Assembly: GCF_004010195.1 (NCBI RefSeq) | Contig: NC_057758.1 | Span: 5,453,758-5,517,757 of the forward strand | DNA: 64,000 nucleotides | Direction: 5' to 3' | DNA from: Chiloscyllium plagiosum | Lineage: Eukaryota | Shown here: piece by piece, positions 38,356 to 48,356 of the stretch | Numbering within the stretch: the first letter of the stretch is position 1 | Layout: every line of letters starts with the position of its first letter | Position numbers and translations under genes: made by a program | Notes under the pieces: generated by a model | Database searches by the model: none | The model's input: only the letters and a program-made list of their open reading frames with translations | Told to the model about the DNA's origin: nothing

Positions 38356-38717
38356 TCTAAACCCGTGTCTAAATGCTGATGTCTTTCTTCCTTGAATAAG
38401 TTACAGACAACTCTGACCAGAATGTTAGGAATGAATTTGCCCACAATAATGAACCGGTCGGATCGATATGGTACAAGCCGATCCCAAAGCGAAACAAACC
38501 CACTTTGCGAGGAACAAAATTACAAGAAACTCTTCCTGATCCTATCTGGCCCCCTCAGGTTCCCGAGTTTCTTGTAGGTTTATGCCGCTGCTCTCTCTGT
38601 AGTTCTGTCCCTGGGTCTGCAAAGTTGCTTATTCTCTTGCTCTCTCTCTCTCTCTGTTTGAATCTGAATTTGAATGGAATTTATTGTTAATTGTACCATG
38701 GCACAGTGAAAAGCTTT

Positions 38718-39146
38718 GTTTCACTCTTTCTTTCTCTCTCGCTCTCTCCCTTTATCTCTTTCTCTCTCTCTTTCTCTCTTGTTCTCTTTCTTTCTCTGTC
38801 TATTTCTCTCTCCCCTCTCTTTTTCTCTCTCGCTCTCTCTTTCTCTCTCTCTCTCTTTTTCACTCTTTCTCTCTCTCCCTCTCTCTTTTTCTCTTTGTCT
38901 CTTACTCTCTCTCTTTCTGTCTCTCACTCTCTCTCCCCCACTTTGCCTCGAGCTCTCTTTTCTCTCTCACTCTCTTTCTCTCTCTCTCTCTCTCTCTTTG
39001 CCTCGAGCTCTCTTTCTCTCTCACTCTCTTTCTCTCTCACTCGCTCTTTGCCTCTCGCTCTCTTTCTCGCTCGCTCGCTTTCTCTCTTCGTCTCTCCCTC
39101 TCTCTCTTCCTCTCGCTCTCTTTCTCCCTTGCTCTCTTTCTCTCTC
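38718..39146 (+). repeat. Imperfect (CT)n polypyrimidine microsatellite, ~430 bp
   Basis: Almost purely C/T; it produces the spurious S/L/F-rich ORFs. Confidence 0.95.
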
Positions 39147-39489
39147 AATGACCAGTTGGTCTCTGTCTCTTGCCATACTGGTCTCATCGGAGGACCTCAA
39201 ACGATTCCAGAGATTCCAAAAACCAACACAAGAGAGAGATTTGCAGGTGCACTCTTTTATTCTTTTCGGATGGTTTTCTGGAACTTTCCATAGTTCTGGC
39301 CAACCAGGGAGATGCACTTAACGGTTTGAAACAAGAGTCGGTCAGTGGAATGGCTTGCGACTGTTTTGTTTCTTTGTGGAGCAGGGCCTTCCTGCCCTGG
39401 GCTGTCCTTTGTTCAGTGGGGAGGCTGTTGGGGGTGTCTGTGCAGGATAACTGCTGCCTTTTATGTGATGCGAATGTCATTAGCACTCA

Positions 39490-41120
39490 GTTGTTGTGCT
39501 GCATTGTGCCTGGTGTCTGCGTTTCGTACAGTTCTGGTCACTGCATTATTGGAAGGATGTGGAAGCTTTGGGAAGGGTTCAGAGGAGATTTACTAGACTC
39601 ACAAAGACGTGCTGCACGGAAACAGACCGTTCGGTCCAACCCGTCCATGCCGACCAGAAATCCCAACCCAATCTTAGGTGAATTGGCCATGCTAAATTGC
39701 CCGTAGTGTTAGGTGAAGGATAAATGTAGGAGTATGGGTCTGGATGGTATATGCTTCAGCGGTGTGGACTTGTTGGGCCGAAGGGCCTGTTTTCACACTG
39801 TAAGTAATCTAATCTAATCTAGTCCCACCTGCCAGCACCCGGCTCAGATCCCTCCAAACGCTTCCCATTTATATACCTATCCAGATGCCTTTTAAATGCT
39901 GTAACTGTACCAGCCTCCACCACTTCCTCTGGCAGCTCATTCCACACACGTACACCCTCTGCTGCGAAAAAGCTGCCCCTTTAGGTCCCTTTTATATCTT
40001 TCCCCTCTCACCCTAACCCTATGTCCTCTCTAGTTCCCCCACCCCAGGGAAAAGACTTGGTCTATTTATCTTATCCATGTCCCTTCATGATTTTATAACT
40101 CGGAGATGCTGGTGTTGGACTGGGGTGTACAATGTTTTAAATCACACAACACCAGGTTATAGTCCAATAGGTTTATTTGGAAGCGCTAGCTTTCGGAGCG
40201 ACGCTCCTCCATCAGGTCATTGTCACAACCAAAAGCTAGTGATTAAACTAGATTAGATTAGATTACAGTGTGAGAACAGGCCCTTCAGCCCAATAAGTCC
40301 ACACCGACCCGCCGAAGCGAAACCCACCCATACCCCTACATTTACCCCTTACCTAACACTACGGGCAATTTAGTATGGCTAATTTAGCTGACCCTGCACA
40401 TTTTTGGATGGTGGGAGGAAACCGGAGCACCCGGAGGAAATCCACGCAGACACGGGGAGAACGTGCAAACTCCACACAGTCAGTCGCCTGAGGCAGGAAT
40501 TGAACCCTGGTCTCTGGCGCTGTGAGGCAGCAGTGCTAACCACTGTGCCACCGTGCCGCCCACTAAACCTGTTGGACTATAACCTGGTGTTGCATGATTT
40601 TATAAACCTCTATAAGGTCACCCCCTCAGCCTCCGACGCTCCAGGGAAAACAGCCCCAGCCTGTTCAGCCTCTCCCTGGAGCTCAAATCCTCCAACCCTG
40701 GCAACATCCTTGTAAATCTTTTCTGAGCCCTTTCAAGTTTCACAACATCTTTCCGATAGGAAGGGGACCAGAATTGCACGCAATATTCCAACGGTGGCCT
40801 AACCAATGTCCTGTACAGCCACAACATGATCTCCCTAGAATATTGCCTGGTATGAAGGGAAGGTCTCACGAGGAAAGGTTGAGGGAGTTGAGGCTGTTTT
40901 GGTTGGAGAGAAGATGGTTGAGAGGCGACTTAATTGAGACATATAAGATAATCAGAGGGTTAGATAGGTTGGACAGTGAGAGCCTTTTTCCTTGGATGGT
41001 GATGGCTAGCACGAGGGGATATAGCTTTAAATTGAGGGGTGATAGGAATAGCACAAATGTCAGAGATAGTTGCTTAACTCAGAGTAGGAGGGGTGTGGAA
41101 CAGTAGTAGACTTACCAACT
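39490..41120. mobile_element. Nested retroelement cluster: CR1(+) containing CR1(-), which contains a SINE 3' fragment and a Penelope-derived element that itself holds a SINE(-)
   Basis: Direct repeats CTAGA (39593/40835) and CATGATTTTATAA (40086/40593); SINE at 40250-40561; ORF 40618-40869 LYRTLVRPPLEYCVQFWSP. Confidence 0.8.
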
Positions 41121-41122
41121 AG

Positions 41123-41360
41123 GGGCGGCACGGTGGCTCAGTGGTTAGCACTGCTGCCTCACAGGCAATTTAGCGTGGCCAATTCACCGAACCTGCAAAT
41201 GTTTGGACTGTGGGAGGAAACTGGAGCACCCGGAGAAAACCCACGCAGACACGGGGAGAATGTGCAAACTCCACACGGAGAGTCGATTGAGGCGGGAATT
41301 GAACCCGGGTCTCTGGTGCTGTGAGGCAGCAGTGCTAACCACTGTGCCACCGTGCCGCCC
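41123..41360. mobile_element. Fold-back HE1-like SINE: 42-bp tRNA head (+) fused to a 3'-truncated SINE (-)
   Basis: 41123-41164 is the reverse complement of 41319-41360 with one mismatch. Confidence 0.8.
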
Positions 41361-42992
41361 ATAACATGCTTCTATCAGGTAATCCCTCGGCCTCTGATGC
41401 TCTCGAGAAAGCAACCCAAGCAGGTCCAATTTCTCCTGATTGGCTAACCCACTCCAATCCTGGTAACATCCTGGTCAACCTCTCCTGCCCCCACCCCCCT
41501 CTCCTCCAAGGCCTGCATGTCCTTGCTAGAGTGCGGCGATCAGAGCAGCATGCAATATTCCAGATGTGGCCTCACTAAAGTATCAACCAGCTACAACGTG
41601 GCTCGCCAACTGTTATACAGGCCCCTACACCCCCTCCCTATCTCTGTAACCCCCTCCAACCCCTACACATCTCTGTAAACACCTTACAGACCCTACACCC
41701 CCTCCCTATCTCCGCCAGAAACTGCACATACTCCCTCCTTCGGTCTCGCTCTGCTGGCCTGACCTGACCACTGTGTTCCTCGGATGCTGATAGGAGATGG
41801 GCATCCCAGAGTCCGGGAGCATCCTGACCAGCTCGACAGTCAATAATCGAGCATTGACGACCGAGGGGAACCGTGGAGGGGAGTTTTTCCCCCGATTGGG
41901 GGGATCTGGGACCAGTGTGGCCGAAGGGCCTGTTCCTGGGCAGGAACTCTCTTTGCTCTTTGTTGACCTGTATCCAATGCCCTGACCGATGAAGGCAAGT
42001 AGCCGGATGCCTTCTGTCCCAGCTTATCCGAGAACTTGCCATGTTCAGGGAGTTGTGAGCTTGTACCCCAAGATCATTCCGAAGACCAGTGCTCTTAAAG
42101 GTCCAGCCATTTACACGATACCTTCCCAAAGTGGGTCACCTCACCCTTGCCCAGAGTGAACTCCATTTGCCATATCTCCGCCCACCTTTCCAACCAATCG
42201 ATACTGAAGAGGGTGGTACGTGTATGGAATGAGCTGCCAGAGGATGTGGTGGAGGCTGGTACAATTGCAACATTTAAGAGGCATTTGGATGGGTATATGA
42301 ATAGGAAGGGATATGGGCCGGGCGCTGGCAGGAGGGACTAGATTGGATTGGGATAAGTGGTCGGCATGGATGGGTTGGACTGAAGGGTCTGTTTCCATGC
42401 CGTACATCTCTATGACTCTATGATACCCTGCTGTACGCTGCGATGAGCTCCCTCACTGCCCGCAACTCGTTTCAACAATTCTCACATGGTCTGCAAACCT
42501 ACCACTCACAGCACGTTTTCGTGCGACTCATTTTGAGGGACATTGCAAACAGCAGCGATCCCAGCACTGATCCCTGCGGAACACCACCAGTCCCAGATCC
42601 CCCCAATCGGGGGAAAAACTCCCCTCCACGGTTCCCCTCGGTCGTCAATGCTCAATTATGGACTGTCGAGCTGGTCAGCATGCTCCCGGACTCTGGGATG
42701 CCCATCTCCTGTCAACATCCGAGGAACACAGTGGTCAGGTCAGGCCAGCAGAGCGAGACTGAAGGAGGGAGCATGTCCAGTTTCTGGCGGGGGTTACAGA
42801 GATAGGGAGGGGGTGTAGGGTCTGGAAGGTGGTTACAGAGATAGAGAGGGGGTATGGGGATTGATCATTGAGGGTAAAGCTCTCTCTCCCCTGTGTGTAT
42901 TAAACATTGCCTGGGGCCTGTGTTGAATATTGGTGTTTTCCATGACCCCCCCTCCTTTCCACCATCTCATTTTCTCTCTCCCCACTCCACAG

Positions 42993-43457
42993 CTCACAAC
43001 GATGGGCCTCCCGTTCTCCGAGCCAGGTTTCCGCCTGCCGGAAGTGACCCTCGTCGGGCTGCCTTCGTCCTCCATCGGGTACCTGGCCTGGCGCGGGCTG
43101 ACGGACAGCGAGCGCCTCGCGGTAAACTACCGGGCCTACAGCCTGCAGCTGGAGTACCTGCAGCTGGTGCTGGACGACCTGCAGGCCCTGGGTCTGGGCC
43201 GGGGCCCCGGGCAGCTGACCGAGCAGCTCACCTTCACCCAGACCCAGCTCCAGGGCCTGGTGGCCAACCTGCGCTCCCTGCTGGAGGCCCTGGCTCAGCC
43301 CCTTCCCACCCTGGGCGAGCCCCTGGACTCCGAGGCCTACGGCTCCTCCGACTTTGAGAGGAAGCTCCGGGGATACATCGTCTGCCGCGAGTATGCCCGC
43401 TGGATCAAGCGGACGCTGAGGGATCTGACACTCCTCTCCAACAGTTTCCCAGCCTGA
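42993..43457 (+). CDS. CTF2: Cardiotrophin-2/neuropoietin-like IL-6-family cytokine, last coding exon (AB loop, helices B-D; 154 aa + TGA)
   Basis: Polypyrimidine tract plus CCACAG acceptor (AG 42991-42992). Translation LTTMGLPFSEPGFRLPE...YLQLVLDD...LQGLVANL...SSDFERKLRGYIVCREYARWIKRTLRDLTLL closely parallels mouse CT-2 as recalled (GSPFSDPGF...HLQLVGDD...AQGLLGNM...FERKCRGYIVTREYGHWTDRAVRDLALL). Strong GC3 codon bias; no stops or frameshifts. Confidence 0.92.
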   Translation, partial: LTTMGLPFSEPGFRLPEVTLVGLPSSSIGYLAWRGLTDSERLAVNYRAYSLQLEYLQLVLDDLQALGLGRGPGQLTEQLTFTQTQLQGLVANLRSLLEALAQPLPTLGEPLDSEAYGSSDFERKLRGYIVCREYARWIKRTLRDLTLLSNSFPA

Positions 43458-43705
43458 CGGGGAAGATGGCGGGGGACCCAGCGGCCAACCTTTGCACTCC
43501 CGTCGTGACCGTTGACATAGGGATCGACAGTGGCTGACCTTAACGGTTCGAATTGACCAAACATAATGTGGCAAATGCACTTGTCTGCTATAGACGTCGC
43601 ACAGAAACAATGTCACTGCTCAGGCCTTGCCTACTTCTGTGTGTCACCAGCCCCTCTCTTGCTCCCCATTCCCCCACGGCAGGGTTTCCAGCGCCCTGTC
43701 ACAAT

Positions 43706-44890
43706 TTTAGAGTGGTGCCGGAAAAGCACAGCAGGTCAGGCAGCATCCGAGGAGCAGGAACATTGACTTGGAGTATTGTGTACAGTTCTGGTCACCGCAT
43801 TACAAGGAGGATGTGGAAGCTTTGGAAAGGGTGCAGAGGAGTTTTACTTGGATGTTGAACCCAAAAAAGAGAAAATGCTGGAAAATCTCAGCAAGTCTTG
43901 CAGTATCTGTAAGGAGAGAAAAGAGCTGACGTTTCGAGTCTAACTGACCCTTTGTCAAAGCTGGATGTTGCCTGGTATGGAGGGAAGGTCTTACGAGGAA
44001 AGGCTGAGGGACTTGAGGCTGTTTTCGTTGGAGAGAAGAAGGTTGAGAGGTGACTTAATAGAGACACATAAGATAATCAGAGGGTTAGATAGGGTGGACA
44101 GAGAGAGCCTTTTTCCAAGTATGTAAAAAGGTAAAAACAATGACTGTAGATGCTGGAAACCAGAGTCTGGATTAGAGGTGCTGGAAGAGCACAGCAGTTT
44201 TGCCCGAAACGTCAATTTTACTGCTCCTCGGATGCTGTCTGCTCTTCCAGCACCTCTAATCCAGACTTTTTCCAAGTATGTTGACAGTGAGCACGAGGGG
44301 CATAGCTTTAAATTGAGGGGTGATAGATATAGGACAGATGTCAGAGGTAGTTTCTTTACTCAGAGAGTAGTAAGGGTATGGAATGCTTTGCCTGCAACGG
44401 TAGTAGGTTCGCCAACTTTAAGTACATTTAAGTTGTCATTGGACAAACATATGGACGTACATGGAACGTGTAGGTTAGATGGGCTACAGATTGGTATGAC
44501 AGGTCGGCGCAACATCGAGGGCCGAAGGGCCTGTACTGTACTGGAATATTCTATGTTCTATCAGGAAGAGTCAGCCCTCAGCTGCATCATGATTAGATTA
44601 GATAACATTCCCTACAGTATAGAAGCAGGCCCTTCGGCCCAACAAGTCCACACCGACCCTCCGAAGAGTAACCCACCCAGACCCTGCATTTACCCCTGAC
44701 CTAACACTATGGGCAATTTAGCATGGCCAATTCAGATCATTAATGCAAAGCTGTGGTCCCAACGCTGACTCTTCCGGACAAAGGGTGAAATGTCGATTTT
44801 CCTGTTCCTCGGACGCTGCCCGACCTGCTGTGCTTTTCCGGCACCACTCGAATCTTGACTCTGATCTCCAGCATCAGCAGTCCTCGCTTT
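43706..44890. mobile_element. Retroelement cluster downstream of the stop codon: CR1 3' end (+, ~43765-44560) with two short Penelope-derived insertions, a SINE 3' fragment (-, 44592-44733) and Penelope-derived flanks
   Basis: TSDs TGGATGTTG (43849/43962) and CTTTTTCCAAGTATGT (44109/44266); FKLRGDRYRTDVRGSFFTQRVVRVWNALP translation. Confidence 0.8.
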
Positions 44891-45054
44891 TGTCTGGGAA
44901 ACCCGTCGCACTGCACTCCAACCCTCTGACCACCCGATGGCGCTGCCGAGCGTGACGTGTTTACATAGCAAATCCCTGTTTATACCGTTCGAGCCACATC
45001 TGGGGCTGGGAATGCGAACAGGGTGAAACATTTCCGACGCTGCAGACACCAGGA

Positions 45055-45240
45055 ATATATTTTGAATATTTAAATAGCTCTATTTTCTATTGGTTTTTAA
45101 CTTATGTTCATTTACATGAAGGAATTGTCCGTTATATTTTTACAGAGTAATTTATTCTAAATTAAGCACAGCTTGAAGTTGTGCATTGTGAAGGGAAATT
45201 ATACGTGACTGAGACTTCCAGAAATGCCAATAAAACATGT
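45055..45240 (+). promoter_or_regulatory. Probable distal 3' UTR of the cytokine: AU-rich element cluster and polyadenylation signal
   Basis: ATTTA at 45068, 45110 and 45150 within an AT-rich patch; AATAAA at 45229-45234 followed by a GT-rich stretch. Confidence 0.6.
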
Positions 45241-48200
45241 GTTTCTAATGCCCGTGGTTGGCATCTTTGAATCTAGTGAATTAAAAAGGGGAAGATGTGT
45301 GCACAAACTCAAAGTCACTGTCTCCCTCTCACACATACTCTCTCACACTCACTCTTCCCTTTCCCCTGAGGTAAGGGTCCAAATGTCCCCACTGCACTCC
45401 AGAGGTGGCCTTAACCAAGCTCCTACACAACTGAAGCCAGACTCCTTTACTCAAGCCATCTTGTGGTAAAAGGTACCAGTCCATTAGCCTTCCCGATAAC
45501 TTGCCAAATCCGAGGGAGCGGGGGAAGGGGGAGCGGGTTACCCTCAGTAACTTAGCGGCAAAATGAGGCAGTGACTCAATGGTGTTATCTGGAGATGATT
45601 CACCCAGAGACACTGGTCAAATTCAGGGGACCTGGGTTTAAATGTCACAATGGCAAATGGTGGAATTTGAATGCAGTAAGAATCAAAATTCATAAAAAAG
45701 AGACGGCCTGCGTCCAGATATCTCCGAGAAAGGATCTGAAAGGGACCAGTCAGCGCACAGATATCTCCCCGACAGAGAAACAGGGAGAACTCAGAGACAC
45801 CTGTCAGCGTACGGTTATCTCCCTGAGACAGAGGTGGGGGGGGGTGGGATTAAGAAACTCTAGTCACTGCACAGATATCTCCCTGATAGGAAAGAGACAG
45901 AGCGTATTGGGGTGGGGACGGGGCGGGGTGGGGAAACTGAGGTAAACCAGTCCGTGTTTGGACTTATCCCTGTGAGGCAGAGAGTGGACTGAGACACACC
46001 AGTCAGTGTACAGATATCTCCCTGGGAGAGAGAGGGGGGGGACTGAGAGACACCAGACAGTGCACAGATATGTCCCTGAGAGAAAGAGAGAGACAGACAG
46101 AGAGAGGGAGGGCACTGAGGGAACGAGTCAGTGTATGGACATATCCCTGTGAGGGAGAGAGGGACCGAAGAGATGCCGGTCAGTGTACAGATATCTCCCT
46201 GTGAGGAGACAGGGGACTGATAGACACCAGTCAGTGCACAGACATCTCGCTGGGAGGGAGAGAGGGTACTGAGAGACAGCAGGCAATTTACAAAGATCTC
46301 CCTGAGAGGCAGAGAGGGAAGTGAGAGACACCAGTCAGTGTACAGATAGCTCCCTGAGAGACACCAGTCAGTGTACAGATATCCCCCTGAGGGGGAGGGG
46401 GGGGACTGAGAGACACCAATCAGTGTACAGATATCTCCCTGAGGTTGGGGGAGGGGGGACTGAGAGACACCAGTCAGTGTAGTTATCTCCCTGAGAGAGA
46501 AAGGGGGGAATGAGAAACACTAGTCACTGTACAGATATGTCCCTGAGAGAAAGAGACAGACAGACAGATAGACAGCGCGAGAGAGAGCGAGAGCGAGAGG
46601 TCACTGAGGGACACCAGTCAGAGTATGGACATATCCCTGTGAGGCAGGGAGGGAACTAAGAGATGCCAGTCAGTGTATAGATATCTTCCTGTGAGGGAGA
46701 GAGAGGGGACTGAGAGACACCAGTCCATGGACAGATAACGTCCTGTGAGGAGACAGGGGACTGAGAGATACCAGTCAGTATACAGATATCTCCCTGTGAG
46801 AGACAGAGAGGACTGAGGGAAACCAGTCAGTATATGGACCTATCCCTGGGAGGGAGAGAGGGGACTGAGAGATGCCAGTCAATTCTCAGATGGCTCGCTG
46901 TGAGAGAGGGAGTGGACTGAGAGAGAATAGACAGTGTACAGATATCTCTCAGAGAGAGAGAGGGGACTGAGAGACACCAGTCAGTGTACATATATCTCTC
47001 TGAGAGAGAGAGAGCGGACTGAGAGACACCAGTCAATGGAGAGATATCGCCCTGTGAGAGAAAGGGGGGACTGAGGGACACCAGTCAGTCTACAGATATT
47101 TCCCGGAGAAAGGAGAGAATGAGAAACACTAGCCACTGTACAGATATGTCCCTGAGAGGAAGAGAGAGAGAGAGAGAGAGAGAACGAGCACATTGAGGGA
47201 ACCAGTCAGTGTATGGACATATGCCTGTGAGTCACAGAGGAAACTGAGAGATGCCAGACAGTGTACAGATATCTCCCTGAGAAAGAGAGAGAGAGGGGAC
47301 ACCAGTCTGGACTGAGGGACACCAGTCAGTCTACAGATATTTCCCGGAGAAAGGAGAGAATGAGAAACACTAGCCACTGTACAGATATGTCCCTGAGAGG
47401 AAGAGAGAGAGAAAGAGAGAGAGCGAGAGAGTGAGAACGAGCACATTGAGGGAACCAGTCAGTGTATGGACATATCCCTGTGAGTCACAGAGGAAACTGA
47501 GAGATGCCAGACAGTGTACAGATATCTCCCTGAGAAGGAGAGAGAGGGGACACCAGTCTGTGTACAGATACCTCCCAGAGAGAGAGAGTGGGTTAACTGA
47601 GAGAAACTAGTCAGTGTACAGATATCACCCTGAGAGAGAGAGGTGGACTGAGAGACACCAGTCAGAGAACAGTTATCGCTCTGAGAAAGAAAGGGGGAAT
47701 GAGAAACACTAGTCACTGTACAGACATGTCCCTGAGAGAAAGAGAAAGAGACAGAGACAGACAGAGAGAGAGAGAGAGAGAGGGAGGGCACTGAGGGAAT
47801 GAGTCAGAGTGTGGACATATCCCTGTGAGGGAGAGAGGGGACTGAGAGACACCAGACAGTGCACAGACATCTCCCTGGAAGGGTTGAGAGGGTACTGTGA
47901 GACACCGGTCAATTTACACAGATCTCCCTGAGAAGGAAAGGGGGAACTCAGAGACACCAGTCAGTGTAGAGATATGTCCCTGAGAAGCAGAGAGTGGACA
48001 GAGAGAATCTAGTCAGTATACAGATACGTCTCTGAGAGAGAAAGAGGGAGAACTGACAGACAAGTGAGTGCACAGATATATCTCTCAGAGAGAGAGGGAG
48101 AGCTGAGAGACACCAGTCAGTGTACAGATATCTCCCTGCGAGGCAGAGAGGAGACTGACAGACACAGTTATCTCCCTGAGAGAGAAAGGGGGGAATGAGA

Positions 48201-48314
48201 AACACTAGTCACTATACAGATATGTCCTTGAGAGACAGAGGGGAAGAGAGAGAGAGAGACAGACAGAGAGGGAAAGAGAGAAAGAGAGAGACAGATGGAG
48301 AGGGAGAAGCGCGC

Positions 48315-48356
<42 letters not shown>

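Noticed and set aside
38684..39321. S/L/F-rich and R/E-rich ORFs of 150-200 aa
   Set aside because: Translations of the (CT)n microsatellite.
42930..42992. N-terminal 21 aa of the listed 175-aa ORF, read as a single-exon gene start
   Set aside because: It is the intron's polypyrimidine tract and acceptor. Helix A and the signal peptide come from the exon at 35391-35527.
35391..43457. Assignment of the cytokine as CLCF1, CTF1, CNTF or IL-11
   Set aside because: The D-helix FERKLRGYIVCREY..W..R..RDL and the signal peptide fit CT-2 better than the recalled CLCF1 (FLQKMDDFWLLKEL) or the signal-less CT-1/CNTF. Not formally excluded without a phylogeny.
42900..43616. 238-aa minus-strand ORF and 154-aa alternative + frame ORF (42893-43357)
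   Set aside because: Shadow ORFs of the GC3-rich cytokine exon with no recognisable motifs.
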